Source of the DNA: Haplodiscus bocki
Lineage: Eukaryota
Direction of reading: 5' to 3'
Length of the DNA: 64,000 bases
Assembly (NCBI GenBank): GCA_965655095.1
Contig: OZ296649.1
Span: 128,960,001-129,024,000, forward strand
Under the pieces are notes generated by a model, which searched no databases, was not told the DNA's origin, and was given only the letters and a program-made list of their open reading frames with translations. A program made the translations under genes and the position numbers. The number at the start of each line of letters is the position of its first letter. Position 1 is the stretch's first letter. Shown in pieces: positions 28,100-43,497 of this stretch.

Positions 28100-30782
28100 C
28101 TATCTCAGCCCACATCGACATCAACTACAGACAGTTGCACCAACTTATATCTCTGTTCCTAAATTACTGCTCACCAATGCTAGATCGCTGGAAAAAGACA
28201 TTGCATTGTCGCTTTTAGCTGCTGAATTATCATCGTTGGACCTAGATGTTTGCTTTGTTACTGAAACCTGGTTTACTAGTGAGATTATAGATGGCTTCTC
28301 TTGTATCCCAGGCTTCGACTGTTACCGCTCAGACCGCACTGCATTAAATTCTCAAAAATCTTCTGGTGGAGGAGTTTGTATATACACTCACAAAAACGTC
28401 AGATGTATTCAGAAATATCCGGAACAGTCGGAAGTCTTCGAAATTCTATGGCTTCAGGTATACGCCAAACGTCCCTTTTTGCTATGTTGTGTTTATGTAC
28501 CGCCTGACATGTCAACTACTAAACAAGCCGACTTACTTGAACACATCACATCTACGTGCGATACATTTCTTGATAATACGGATCATGGAATTGTGGTGGT
28601 TGCTGGCGATTTCAATACATTCCCAGTATCTAAGTTACTCGGAAGTACGTCGCTATGTTCCCTTAACACCAGAAATACTAGAGAACGGAGTGTATTGGAT
28701 TACGTGTTTACGTCTCATCCATATTATTATGACGACATACTCCTCACAAAGATGACATTCAAAACTGATCACTTCGGAATTGTATGTTCGCCCCGTGAAA
28801 GATTACCCAGTACAAGGCAGGTGAAACTATTGCGGGACTGTAGAGCCAGAAGTATGCAATTGCTGCACAGCATGCTGTGTACTACTGACTTCCAAAGCGT
28901 CGCGCAATTAGCAAACAGTGATATCAATGCGGCTACAGAACAACTTACAGAAATTCTCCAAAGTGCACTTAATACTGCCTGCCCTGAGAAGCAAGTAACG
29001 ATCAAATCTCGCGACCCTCCTTACATGACACCACTTATAAAGACACTCTAGAAGCGGAAGCAACGTCTTGTTCGGCATCAGCGATGGCATGAAGTTGAGT
29101 TACTCAGCAAACGAATCGGCAACTTAATTATAGACAACACAAAGCATAACGAACAAAAAATTGGCACAAAGTTATGGTGGAATAAAACCAAGAATTACAT
29201 TGGTAAACAAAGGCCAACAACTATTCCTCTCGAATTTGATGTTAACTCAATAAACCAAATGTTCGCAGATATTTGCACCACTTCTAATTACAAACTACCA
29301 GAAACTCCTGCACTGAAATTGAAAGATACACCGAGCTTATCATTACACCAAGTTTACTATGGATTGTCGTCAGTCAGTCGTACCGCTTGTGGTAGTGACA
29401 ACATACCTTGGTACGTATTCCGAGAATTTGCTCATATACTCACTCCTGTTGTCCATGTTATCTTTAACGAAAGTTTGAGGCAAGGAATTTTTCCTGCGAT
29501 TTGGAAGCGTGCTATTGTTACACCTCTTCCGAAGACGACACCTCCGCGGATAGATAGCTTACGTCCAGTGTCAATAACTCCTGTTGTAGCCCGAATCTTT
29601 GAATGACTTGTCGATAGATTCTTTATATCCGATTTATATCATCGGAAGCTAGACAGCAGTCAGTTTGGGTTTCGTCAACACGGTTCAACATCTACAATGG
29701 TTGTTAATTTGCAGAATATTATCCAATGCTATAAAGAAAACAATTATGATTACGTCAGAATTATTTCATTAGATTTATCTAAAGCCTTTGACAGAGTTAG
29801 CCATCAATTAATTGTGAGTTCCCTTAAGAATATTGGAGCGGATCCGAACATTGTTTGCTGGATTGCAAGCTTCTTGCGCGACCGACAACAGAAAGTTGTT
29901 AGCAACGGCAAACCTTCGCAGTGGCTTAGTATTAATCAAGGCGTTCCTCAAGGGACTGTTGGGGGCCCCAAATTTTTCAATATATCTACTCTATCATTTA
30001 TGCTTCCTTCGGAGCTTACTCTACGAAACAGCTTAGTTAAATTTGCGGATGATAACTATCCTTGCTGTGCTGGCAAAAATGGTGACGACGATGCTAAAAA
30101 AGTGCTAGACTTTGTGAAAAACTGGTGCTACAACAACGGATTCGTCCTCAACTGTTCGAAATCGAAAGAATTAGTGATCAAACTTTCAAGAAACACTATT
30201 TTGCCTTCAGCGTTTCCCGATGTTACCAGAGTTACCGAAATGAACATCGTTGGTATAATGGTGTCGAACACAATGTCCCTGAGCAACCATATTAATTACT
30301 TGATATCCAAAGCCAGACGTAATGTATATCTTCTTCTGAAGCTTAAGCGCCTTGGTTACAATAAGCTTGAGTTATCTAGACTGTACAATGCATTCATTCT
30401 ATCCACACTGACATATGGGATTGAAGCATATGCATCAGTATCTAACACAGAATTGAATCGCATTGACTCTTTGCAAAGGAGATGTGTTCACCTTGGAATT
30501 ATCGACGAATTCAAGGATATCCATTCAGTTTCCATTGACAGAGATCAGCGTCTGCTCAACAAGTGCCTCAAGTACCCCCAGCACCCACTTCACAGCCTCA
30601 TTAGATCAAGAACTGATTATGCAAGTACCCACCTGAGAGATCGTCATCCGCCGTCAATTGCAGGTCGTACTCACCGCATTTTCCCCAACAGATGCTTGGG
30701 AGTGTACTTTTTGTAAATGTGTAGTGTGTCTTTGTATTTTGGATATTTTTTCCAGAATAATAAAATGTTTATTTATTTATTT
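27193..30782 (+). mobile_element. Non-LTR retrotransposon (CR1/L2 group LINE), near full-length, with (TTTA)n tail
   Basis: ORF1 followed by an APE-RT ORF2. 3' end aataataaaatgtttatttatttattt. No clear TSD. Interrupts a satellite unit. Confidence 0.9.
28089..30716 (+). pseudogene. LINE ORF2 (APE endonuclease + reverse transcriptase) with two premature stops (29049, 29604)
   Basis: NARSL, VTETW, GDFN, LDY, TDH (APE); LDLSKAFD, GVPQG, KFADD (RT). The three ORF-track pieces share one frame. Confidence 0.9.
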
Positions 30783-31370
30783 GGCTACCGGAAATTTTCT
30801 GAAACACAGCACAGAAGGGTTCCCTTACGAAATTTTTCGGCACTGTGAGACAAAAATTTTTCGACGGAAAATCGTGACATAACCCTCTGAAGCATAAAAT
30901 TTTTCGATACCCGAAATTAATGACACACTAAAGGGTTCACTTACGAATTTTTTCGGCACTGTGAAACAAAAAATTTTCGACGGAAAATCTTGATACTCTC
31001 CCCCCTCCTATCCATAAACTTTTTCGCTACCGGAAATTTTCTGAAACACATCACAGAAGGGTCCCCTACGAAATTTTTCGGCACTGTGAGACAAAAAAGT
31101 TTTGACGGAAACTTTTGATACTCCCCCCCTCCTATCCATAAACTTTTTCGCCACCGGAAATTTTCTGAAACACATCACAGAAGGGTCCCCTACGAAATTT
31201 TTCGGCAGTGTGAGACAAAACAATTTCGACGGAAAAACGTGAATCCCCCTCTCTTATACCTAACGTTTTTCGGTACCAGAATTTTCTGAAACACAGAAGG
31301 GTTCCTCGACGAAATTTTTCGGTACTGTGAGACAAAAATTTTTCAACGGAAAATCGTGATACCCTTTTGC
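30783..31370. repeat. ~120-bp satellite-like tandem repeat (right part, resumes after LINE)
   Basis: Same unit. It resumes at ggctaccggaaatttt where the left part broke off (aaacctttt). Confidence 0.85.
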
Positions 31371-34300
31371 ATAAAGTACAGAAATCAGTGGTCAAATTGA
31401 TGTTTGTAAAAACTCTTTGAAAACTAATATCAAAACAGTTGTTTTGTTTTTAACCGTTTGCAAAAGTTGATCAAAATATTTGTAGTTGGGCGAAAAATAT
31501 GCCGGTGCTAGCCGGCCGTCTTCTTTTCAATTTGTTCAACACTGGTACATGGATATTGATTGAGACCTTGTTGGAAAAAGTCAAACCAATAAGTAATGAT
31601 GATTTCAGGTATCGTTGTCGAGACTAGTTCACAAAAATACCGGAATCTGGGCAGTTTCGGACCATAAGAATTTCATGAAAAGGCCGATTGACACACTGAC
31701 GAAAGAGTTCAAACCTATAGTGAGTTTCAGCGTCAGAGAAAGATCAACACTAATTGCGCTTCAGAACCTTCGAGCATTAAGGGGGTCGGAGAACAACATG
31801 TTCGAGCAACAACAAGAAAAATCGAATTTTATTAGAACTTTTTGGTTCCGCAGAAACTAGACAGTGGGCCGAGAACTAATGCTAGGAAGAAGCCGAAAAA
31901 GATCAGTTTTTCCTACTTATAATTAGTTCCTTTTGAAGAAAAAGATATTCAAAAACTATAAAACGCTTTTTTTATCCAGATTGATACCGAACTCATTAAA
32001 AAGCAGCAATTTGTTTCATTGTTTTGGGGGTGTTTGACAATTTTTTGAAAAAAACTGAGTTCCAAGTTTCCACAAAAATTGAAATTTTCAACATTTTTTC
32101 CCACTGCCTCGCAGTTTTCGGGTTCGGAAATTGCTACATGATAGCCACTTTATCACGGTGACCTCGCGTCCTCGTATTATGCAGCGCTGTAAACAGCCTG
32201 CAAGGCAACACGAATTTGATTGTCTCTTGAGCCCTTTCAGGAAACGGAAACAACTCCACTACTGAATCTCATAATTTCCTTCAAAAAGTTTTTTAAACGA
32301 GAAGCTTTCGCATGTGCAGCCAAGGCCAAACCTTTAACTGATCTAATTCTATCAGAAGAAACTATCGAATAGCTTGACGAAGCCCAGTAGTCTCGATATG
32401 CCCTAAACAAGAACTTAGTTTGGAATTTGTCGTTACCTTCGCCGACAATGAAGGAAAAATCCACTCAGAAAATGAATGTTTCGGAGGTCGCTTTCTCAGG
32501 CTGTCTCTTCTGTCAGTAATCAATTTCAAAAACAACCATTCTTTGGTCTGTCTATTTTGGTAGTGGCGTCCCCAACTCTGGCGAACAATCGTACGGAACA
32601 TTCAAGTCTGTGAAGTTAGCGTTTGCCTATTTAACTGAGGAGTTCCGTTTTTTCGTAAACGTTCAGATTTTTCTCTTGAAAAGAGGCAATCAAACAATTT
32701 CTTAGTTGAAAAAATTTCAACGGATCAGATAAATTTTGAGAAATTGAGCTTCAAGCTAGATAACTATCATATTGATTTTCAAAATTGGGAACGTGACAAG
32801 CATCTGAACGCTGATGGTTTAGACAGGCAAACGGAATGTTCCTGAGTCATCGAAACTAGACAACAGGAATCACTTGTTAGTAAAGCCGTGATTCGCATTA
32901 GTTTCAAAGCATCCACAACAAGAATTTTTCTGTCCCATTCGTGGACAAACATGGACGTGTCATTCTTGATAAAATGCAAAAATCAAAGATATTGAACTGC
33001 ACTGAGGTAGTAGTAGCATTTGTACATGAAACTTTCGAAAAATGACCTCTTGCTGAAAAAGCGCCAAAAGAATCAACATCTGTTTCAGAAAAAGTTCAGA
33101 GAAGGCAGTGACAGAAAGGTCCCAGTTAATCGACAAAAAAGAATCGAAACTGGAGAAATTGAGAAAAAATTGAGTTTGAACGGTTTGTTAATAGCTCAAT
33201 TCGCCAGAGGAATACTCCAGCCGCTAAAACATTTTGGCTAAATGAAGAAAGATGGATTTTTACAACATTTTGTGTGCATGCCGGTAAACGTTTCAATCGT
33301 GGCCCATGGACTCGCTCCAATGTCAGTCCACAAGGAATCTATGCAGTAGTCTTAAACTGTTCGAACGCAAATGACATATGGAGGCTCCAACTTTCTCCCT
33401 CAGATGTAAAACAGTGAAAAGCTGAGGCCTGCTAAAAATGAAAGTCGTTATGACGGTATACGTAGAGTAGCTCAGCATAATTTTCCCTATTTGGATGGCC
33501 CAGTTTGAGCAATTCTGCTACCAAAATTGTTGCAGTTTGCCTTGTATCCCAACACGAGCGAACGCCTCATGGTTAAATGAATTTCTCACTAAAACCATTG
33601 AGAGCCTAGCAATTTGGGGAAGTGACGCAACTGTACTTTTTTGAAGTATCCCAAAACTCACCTGGAAACACGCAAGTCTTGACATTCTGAGACCACGTTT
33701 GTAAAGAAGCTGCGGCCGTACTCTGCAGCGAAGATTTTAGACAAAATTGTAAGAATGTTCTATTAAGTAATGGTTCTATCAATTGAGTACCGCGGCTTCT
33801 TTTTTCTGTTTTATGAGTAATGGAAATCACTCTGCAACCAAACTAGCTCAGAATTTCCTCCAAAATGTTCATCTTGTTTTTTCCACAGTTCGTTTCTGCA
33901 CTTGTGCATCCACGAACGATTGTACTTAAAGAAGAAAAAGCTGTACCGAAATTTGTTTAATGGAAAAATGCTTTTCTCAACGTGTACCCGATTGGGATAA
34001 ACAGTTTAATTATAACTGTTACATAAAATGCCACTTTTTGCGCTTCGAACGGATCGGATCTTTCAAACTTTAAGCTCACTCAAGAAAGCTGCACCCTTGG
34101 CATATTACAATCCCGAACAATTTTGTAAGAACCACAACAAAAGTGTACAAAAGATTCAATAAAACCACCGAAGGAGCTTCATTAATTTCTTAGACATGAC
34201 AGTAAACAAGGGGAACATCAACAGAAAATTTACATTGGCGTTCGTTAGAAACAATTCCTCGCCTCAGTCTAGGTTTTTCAGTAGGCTGTCTTAAAAATGT

Positions 34301-37300
34301 TGAAGAAGAGTGTTTTTGGATTGCAAGAATCCTTCAAGGTTAAGAACATCCACGAGAAAGAATGATGTTAATTTCTACTGATGATAAAAAAATAATTTTC
34401 CGAAAAATCAGGCTGTTTCCCACAACCAGAAATGTGGGATCATCTTGACTGCTGCGACGCTGAGTTAATTCTGGATGACAACGAAATAGAACGTACTAAA
34501 TAAAACGGTACCTCTTAAAATTCGAAGTCTTTCGACTCAGAAAACCTTTTGGGGTCAGCTTCGAAACAAGATCACAAGAAGCCAAATGGTAACTCGTGTC
34601 AAAGATAGCCAAAAACTTGGATGAAAACCACTTACAACCACTGAGTATAATTTTTTCTCCAAATACTTCTCGTTTCTTTCTGAACGTCCTGATTCAACAA
34701 ATCGTAAGACTTTCGAATCTGATCCACCTCTGAAGAGATCAAAGGTCAAGGCTGGTTAAAATGTTTTTGCTCCTTCGACGGATACAGACAACAAGATCTC
34801 CGTTTTTAACCACCAACGACTTCAGCGAACAATTATTTTACCACGGCACCTAATAGTTGTTTTGAAGTATGAACTTTGAGCTTCACCAACCTCTACCCTT
34901 CCTCTACACAATCAACACATTGACGATCAAGATACAGCTCCATAGATGAAAAATATAGCGACACTGCTGTTCAATACCCAATTGAAAAATTCCAACTACC
35001 CGTTTCTGCAACAGAAGTAAACTGGAAACGTGAATGGGTCGAGCGTCTTGAAAAAAAGTTTGTCAACCCCTTTTGCGGGTGTTATACGTTCGTTATTTTC
35101 TTCATACACGTTACTGACCTAAAAATTTCAAACGAAATAGTGCTTGTAACGCAATGAGTCAGGTCGACGCTGTTGAACAGCAAAAACGTTCTGGTAGTTT
35201 TAGAGAAACCGCCAATGGTCAATCGTACCTCAATAACTACTGAGAAAGTCCGGGGACAAGTTATCAGAGCCATTGACTCTAAGTCTAATTGTAACGATTC
35301 AATACTGTTGACTTGGATTGCATTAAGCCAACAATTCCTTTTTCCTTTTGCAAATGAAGTGATTGCAGTTCATCAAGAAAGTTCCTGAGACCAACAAGGA
35401 TTTGACTCACAGTTACTTTAGCTCTGGGACAAATCACTGAAACGAATGAAGACTTTTTCAGTTTCAAAGGAAGTGTTGTTTCTGAAGCAGTTTTGACGGA
35501 AGACAACAATGACGAAAATTGTGTGGATTTTGTTGCTGATAAGGCCGGCATGCCCTTTCTGGAATGCGACCTGATTTTCGGAACACTACTCGATTTGTGC
35601 GTAGATCGAAGAATTAAATTTTGAGTTTATCCTTCTTGGTGTGTGTTTATCATGAAATGATTTTCAAGCAGTGTGTGAGCACATACTCAAAGTGTTGGTA
35701 TCTCGACCACTGAAATCAAATTTTGTCAAGCGGAAGCACGCTTGGTTCAATAAGCCCTTGACGTCAGCAGAAGTCATTTGGTTTTACCTCAAATAATGGA
35801 CCCTTTCCTTTTGGCAAAAGTAAGCGGAGACATGATTCAGTTTGCGCAGTCTACGGCAGGCTATTATCTCAATGACATCTTTACACTAAACAATTACAGG
35901 ACTCTCTTCCGAAATCCACAAGTTTTAGTCGAAAATTTGATGCAACTTTTGTCTCTCATGAAAACCACTTTGTCATTGACAGTTTCAACCGAGTTAGTTG
36001 TACTTCAGAGGATTCCATACCAACAAGTGGATTAACGAAAGTCCTATTCCGACACAATACACCAGAAGAGTTTATTAAAGGAAAGGCCAGTCCAGGAGAG
36101 GTTGCACTGATCATATTAAAAAAGGAAATTTTAATTTTATTTTGCGTAACGAGGAATTCAGTTAGGTGAAAAAAAGTTCCCGAACTGTTATGTTTTTTCG
36201 ATGATGCTCCATGAATTTGCTTCTCAAAACTTAATTCAATTCTTGTCATCTGAAAGAAACGTCTTGTTCAGAACTTAAGTAGTGTCGTGTCTTCATCTTA
36301 GGCGTCTTTTTTTTCTCAAAATGTTGGTTCAAGTTTCATTTCCTGTCCTGTGATGTGCATATTGTTCAGAGAAAAAGAGAACAATCCTCTAACTCTATCT
36401 TGTGTTTTTAGTTCAAGTGATAATTCATAGCAAAACTTCTCTATTGTGGCAAAATTTACTTCTTCCCGCAAGAATTTCAACTAAACATCGTCAAAAGTCA
36501 CCAAAAGATCTCAATTGGTCCAACACCAGGAAGCAATCATTCAGATATGAAGAATATAGATGAACATGCAGACCTGCCGCTTTTGCTACATACGAACAAC
36601 TGGACAACACTGTTTAGTCAGAACAGACTGCACATGACCTAATACATCCAAACCTTATTTTTTTTTACCACAACTGGGATATTGAAGAAGACCCACTTAC
36701 ATGGACTGATCCTCATAGTCAGTTCAGTAATATAAATTCGCTGGTACTACTTCGAAGCATCATCAATAGCACCGTAACAACTGTCTAGCAACAAACCTGG
36801 ATTGTAACTTTATTACTTTTATCGTTAGTTTCAACCGATAAAACCCGACTAAAGAGCAAGATGCGGTTCATCACATTTTTTGCATAACGGTAAGTGGGCC
36901 ATGTCTGGAGAAACAGATTGACAGAATCAATCGACAAAATTAATGCGGTTGTCCGTGTCGACAATCAATGCAACCATTTGCCGGTGTTGTGGGAGGCGAC
37001 AAACCTATGCTTTTAACGTAGATAAAACTTTGGAAGAAAACTTTCGTGTGGTTGTAAGACGTGTTCAGTTTCTGGCACTGCCTATGACCAAGGGTCACCG
37101 AGTCACCGAGGGAGCAAACAAAAGCGGACACTTCGGAGAGTGAAAAAGAAGAGCTAACTATATGCGTCAATACTGCAACTGGATTAAAGCAGAAGAAACA
37201 ATAGATGACACGCAATAAACTTTTCAATTAACCAACGAAACAGAAATACCTCTCATATGCCCGTCTGTGTTTCGATTTGTGGATTTACAAACGGTATTTC

Positions 37301-40300
37301 AACCATCTTGTCAAAAATTTTCTGCTTCAATAGCAGAAAGAAATGCTAAAACGGAACTAATAATAGTGACGACTCAGGACAAAGTAAAATTGGTGAATTA
37401 ACCGAGGCTTCCAGTGGTATTCACTCAAGCTCCTACGTTGGGGCTGGCAGATAGAAATTCACTCCACTTCAACCAGAGCAAAGTCTCAAACTATCACCAC
37501 AACTACCATCAGACCACCACCCACAAAAAGCCCTACCTCTCTGTTGTGTCAATCAAAAGCAACCCGTTCCAACGCCACCATCAACATTTACAAACTAACC
37601 ACTTCAGTGAACTGCATTAGCCTTACTGGGTGAGGCATCCACTGCGCCACTCCAACCTATTTTTTGATTTCTACAAATCGAGGAATAACAACAACAACAC
37701 ATCAACGAGACGAAATTAAGACTCGAGACTCGAAGTACGTTTATTTTTACTTACTCGGAGGCGTGTATCTCTAGAACACCAATTAGCAGCAGTCAAAGTT
37801 TTCGAAAAACAGCTGTATTTTGAAACAATTTTATGTTTTCTCCAATGGGTATTTATTTTTGGCCTTTTGAACGCCTCATTTCCAGAAACCCGACTTCGTT
37901 TAAAGGGTGTAAAAGTAAACTAGCAAAACTGACTTCAAAATTTCAAAAAGTCAAAAAACAATCAAAATCGACAGAGTTTTGATTCTGCAAGCACCTGAAG
38001 CAGTATCAACAGGTTGAAATGCCTCTTATGACTTGTTTTCGATCATTGTACATAAAACATAAAAAACAACAGCTGGATCAAAACAGGTAAGTTTTGTAGC
38101 AGTAGTATTGATTTCCGATGATTGGATGTTCAGTTTTTGGAGATGGCAAAACGGTGATTTCGGAATTTATTTGAAGAAGATCCCAATCAATTCTAGTGTC
38201 CTATTGACCTCAATTCCAGTTTTTGAGTCTCCACAATTTGGAAACATTGCTGATGAAACAACAAGCGGTGAAACTTTTTGTGGCAGCTGTTTTCCACGAC
38301 AAAGCCGACAATTGAAGCGGATGGCCCATATAACCTGATATTCTGAAAAAGATTCAAAAGTATACATCTACCACCTCGAATGAACATAAACTCCTGTCAT
38401 GAGGGAGTCTGAAATATGACAATCTAGCCGCAGCAGCCACCATGGAGAAGCAACCGCAGCATGGTCAAAGAGAGATTAGTGGATAGAGAAAAAATAGAAG
38501 ATTTTCAAGACTACTGGTTCGTTTTTTCGACTAAACTTGGAAAAACTAATTAGATTCTTTCATCTGCTACCTTCATGAGCCACGATAAGTGCTAGCAGAC
38601 GGACACGTCTCAACAGCACGCATCAAGGGCACGGTCATCACATGGTTCTTATGTGAGTAAAATTGCTGGCAAGAGGATTGAAGGTCAAGAAAAATGGAGC
38701 CTTGCGCAGACATTTTGAAAATTTCTTTATTGGTAAAAGAAAATGCAGCTGAAATTAAGGAGTTTCAGATCATGCCTTGGCAAACCAAGAACGGATGGAT
38801 CACAGGAAAAAATATTACAACGCCAAAGATGTCAATTCAGCAGCTTCACAATCTTCAATCGCATAGGTCAACGACCAACTGAAGGATGAGTTTGGAGTAT
38901 ACAAACACCTCCAATACAAAAGAAATCAGAGGAAAGAGCAATCAACAGAATCGAATCCTCCAACCTCTAGCAGGCATGAGAACTCGATACCCAGACAACT
39001 CGAACCAAGAAGCAAGGATTAGAGAGTTGATGTAGTGACTTGATTTGTTTCCAAATTGTTAAACAGGAATCTTCAAAACAGAACCATGATCCAGGTTGAT
39101 ATGGCGGTGACTCAACTTGGGATACAGACACAATCCCACGCCTCCGCAGAGAAAACAGAACTTTTGTGTTCCACTACAATAACTATAAACTCATGGGTTT
39201 TTTTGCAAAGCGCTAAAGGAACACAAGTCAAAGTCGAAGTGACAGTGTCAACGAAAAACTAGGCCAAGCTGAAACTGCTGCCAGTGGGGCACAGTTCAGC
39301 TATTCCAAATCCAGAGTCAAAATTTCAGTACTCAGACAATTTATAAGATTTTGGAACAAATGGTATCTTGAAGAAGAACAAGGTGTTCACCGGTAGGAGA
39401 AAATGCAACGTATCTTAACTGGAGTCAAGAGTTAGAACTCCAACAGGTTCATAGCCACTTGGAGGGTAAATACCTGCTGCTGCGCCAATCGTAAAGCTTG
39501 GATTTTTTGTCAGAAAGAGGAGAGCAATATCAGGACAAGTCGATGCAAAGTTAGTTCCCTTTGGAACACATCTGACAAGGAGGAAAGCACCAACGCCAGT
39601 AGCAACCTTCCAGCCGATCATCGAGCTAACCAAAACTCCTAATAATGCACAACAGGATCCAGTTGGGACTTAACACCTGCAATACTACTTTTTGTTACCC
39701 GGACATTTCTCTAGGGATTACAAACAGCCTCATTGGTACGGCAGCCAGGCGCAGCTAGTGAGTTCGGTGCCTGAAGTTGCAAAAAGTGGTTCTTGTAACA
39801 ATCGAAAAAGATGCTCTTTCAAACATTTGTTTTTGCGGCCAAAGCGGAAATGTGGGAAACTTGACTTCAGTCTGTTCGGAGGTTCCTAGGAATGATGTTA
39901 AACTTATCCGATCTAGTATCTGTACCAGCAGAATCAAGTTATTGCAGCATCTCGGACAGAATCCCAAAAGTCTTTTCAGTCAGTGTTTGTGATTGATATA
40001 AAACTGCGCTGATTTGTGATTGATCTTTAGTTTACTGTAGAATTCAGATCTGTCGAGTGTTACGCACACAAGCAACGCATTCATTCCTGGGAAGTCTACT
40101 TGACGCAAAAATGATAGTAGGAACGTCAACTTATGCGTCAACAGCTGAAAATAAGATTGAGTTTGCAGCTGCAGCATGTGATCAACGTTGGATAGCAAGG
40201 GAAAACGTGTGAGATTAGTGATTTGAAGGAGAAATTGGTGCATATTGTTGGTGCAGAACATACAGCTGAACATAAGTTTTGGTGGCCATTCAAACGTTTT

Positions 40301-42846
40301 CCTGGAAAAAGATTCCTCAAAATTGAGCCATTTTTTTGTCGGAATCTACGGTTAACACCAAACAAATCTCTTTTTGACCATAATGCAGTGTATATGGTGA
40401 CACACCAATAGGCAGTTATTGACCGCAGACCAATCAAAACCGGTGAAAAGTATTGTTATAATCGATTCTGGGTGGAAAATGTTGGCTGGTAATACCCATG
40501 ACTGCATTGTCCCACACGAATTGATCCAATAACAGACAATGCATGAGACGTCCAAACGTTAGGGATGGCAGACCGAGTATGTTTGATAACGGCAGCTTCG
40601 GTGATGGGAGCTGACTTTGTGATTCTGAATGACTGTCGAACGATTGCGTCTCTGCAAAATCATTCCTCTATCAGTTTGATGTGTATGTTATGTTGTATAA
40701 ATGTAGTCAAAAAGACTGATCACATCGGAAACACAGCAGGGCACACTGAGAACAGTTTTCCAGAGTTCGGTGTGGAATTTTGCACTTTTCTCATAAACGT
40801 TCATTAGCCGATGTTTGGGAAATACCATGTTTGTGGACCGTTGCTTGTCACCCGTCAGTGTATCCCTTCTAGTTCCTGTTTCAGTTGCCAATTCGAGCGT
40901 TTATTAACTCAAACGATCATTCTTTTCCCCGAAGAAAAATGTTGTCAAAACGACGACGGTTTTGTCGCGGGTGTACTAAGTTATTGATTGTTTGCTATTG
41001 TTCTCGCTAGCTAATATTGCTGAGCGGCGTGTGCGGCCATATGTCTGCGTTATCGTGTAAGAAAGTCTCAAAAGCTTACACTGTTATTAGCTTTGTAAAT
41101 TTGCCTTGCTAAACCGCGCGAACAAATTTGCGTAAGTTCTACTAGCAAGGACTTGGTGAGCAAAGAAAGAGTATGAAATAAGAGATGAATTATTTGGTGA
41201 ATATACGGAAATGGCAGTCAACTTGTACAAAGTAAATGTGTACAAGATAAGATGAAATTTCCGATGGGTGAGAATATTAGGGGTGAAATTTGAGAAATCC
41301 AAATTAATAACTTTCAGTAGCCACCTTCTAAATTTTATAAAGCAACTTCTACAAATTCACAACCATTATAATATCAATTTTAACTGTAATATATCAATTT
41401 TGTATCACACGACTGTAATATAGAATAAGCAATTTTACCCGCGAAATCCAAAGAATTATTCTTCTATCCACTGTATATTTATTCCCTTGTATAATATTCG
41501 AAGATATCAAGAAATTTCCAACACAAAGATATCAACCAGAAAGTATCCAAAATTTTACAATATCCAAAATATTCGAAGAAAGAATTTATAATAGATTCGA
41601 AGTTTATCGCATGATAAATTCGAAGATAATAAATTCGAAGTTTAAGGCATCGCAGTTTTAATAAAGCATAATAAGTCAGATTTAACAATAAGTTTAGCTG
41701 AAATTTTTATTATTCAAATAAATGGAGTAAAACAGCAATTGACAATATTAAACTTACAAATCTTCCCAAAAATTATTGGAAATGTTTATCTTGAATAAGT
41801 TGAGGTAAGTTTTGGCAGTGCTTTTTATTTTTGGAGCTAGGACGAATGGTAACATTCGTTGTTTCTAGCTTGGCCTTTTTGCCCTTTTTGTTTTGTGTAG
41901 TTTTACGCTTATGTTGTATGTAAGTTTTAGCTAAGACTTCGGTAACATGCCATAAAGCAGTCAACCGAGTCAATTTTCTTAAGTTCCTCCTTTAGTCAAG
42001 TGTTGTCCACTGACGAGGCGCTTTCAAGTATTTCGCTTTTAGTTAGTAAGTTGTCTGTTTTAGCTTTTTGTCTACGACTATGGTAACGGGCATAGAGCAG
42101 TTAACCAAGTCAGGTTTCTTATGGTCCTCTTTTGGTCAAGTGTTAATCCACTGACGAGGCGCTTTCATGTATTTTCACTTTTAGTCTAACGACTCAGTAC
42201 TTGTTTAACATAGTAACTGGCCGAGAAATCTTAATCCCCTTTTCGTCCATACCGTGACATAGTCCTCGGATTTTGTTGGAGGGGTTTGAATTGTTTTAGC
42301 CTTTTAGATTTTATCTAAGACTCAGTGTTACTCGTGTCTACGGTTACTGAGCTGTTTTCTCTTATGTTCCCTTGTCTCAAACGCGGTAGTTTACTCGCGT
42401 AATTGTTGAGTGGGTTTATCTTTTACTTTTGCAATTTTCGAATAACCAGTAGTTTATTAACTGACTGGGTTTGGAGTGCAAAAATCTTCTAAGAATTTCT
42501 AGAGAGATTTACTCTGCTAGTAGATGAAACTAGAAACTCACGAATACCATCGTTGAAGTTGAGAAAGGGTGTTGATGTTCGGGTTCTCCAGGTCTTTGGT
42601 GGCTGTTCGAGTCTGTTAGAAGTTGCTCGCTAAGAAGCGGTAGGAAGTTAGAAGTTGAAGAGGAAGTCGAGAAGAGTTCCGCCTCGCGGATTTAAGCAGG
42701 TGAATTGTGGCAAGCGAATGAATACTATGGAAGTGCGCAGGGTATCTATACCCGGATGATTACGTGCCCTTTCAATTTTGGGCGAGAGCCAATAGGATCA
42801 TTCGACGAGCGAATCGAAAGCAGTTAAGTTGGCTCTGTATAATAGA

Positions 42847-43248
42847 AATTTAGCAAAGACAAGTTTAGGAGTTGTCTTAGAATAATTCTAGTTGAGTGGA
42901 TGGAGAGATTTGGCAAAGACAAGTTTAGGAATTGTCTTAGAATAATTCTAGTTGAGTGGATGAAGAGGTTTGGCAAAGACAAGTTTAGGAATTGTCTTAG
43001 AATAATTCTAGTTGAGTGGATGAAGAGATTTGGCAAAGACAAGTTTAGGAATTGTCTTAGAATAATTCTAGTTGAGTGGATGAAGAGATTTGGCAAAGAC
43101 AAGTTTAGGAATTGTCTTGGAATAATTCTAGTTGAGTGGATGAAGAGATTTGGCAAAGACAAGTTTAGGAATTGTCTTAGAATATTTCTAGTTGAGTGGA
43201 TGAAGAGATTTGGCAAAGACAAGTTTAGGAATTGTCTTAGAATAATTC
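42847..43248. repeat. 60-bp tandem array (~6.7 copies) in 3' LTR
   Basis: Same unit as 61500-61901. Confidence 0.95.
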
Positions 43249-43497
43249 AATGATGAGCATTTTAGTTTGAAATTAGGATGAGGGCGAAGAGAAAGAGAGT
43301 TTCGCCTCGGGGAAATAGGATAGTTAACTGAGGAGAGCGATTGAATAAAATGAGAATGTGCGGGGTATTTATACCCGGGTATGGCGCAATCGAGTGATCG
43401 TCCAATAGGAGAGCGCCTGAAGATAGCAATGTTTGCTTGGGAATCATTTGATCGGCGAGGAGAGGTGAGGAGTGGCGGTTGTTCAGAATTATTGAGG

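Noticed and set aside
31400-40950. Short ORFs and faint pol-like words (also 3050-4400, 22800-26600, 63040-64000)
   Set aside because: Too degraded to assign a family, boundaries or host exons without a search.
42008-42185. Two CTGACGAG motifs in the LTR resembling a hammerhead ribozyme core
   Set aside because: No stem II followed by GAAA, and no matching stem I/III arms were found.
42824-43253. Repetitive ORFs on both strands of the 60-bp LTR array (also 61399-61906), and a possible CRISPR-like appearance
   Set aside because: They arise from a stop-free tandem unit whose length is a multiple of 3. There are no unique spacers and no cas genes, and the context is eukaryotic.
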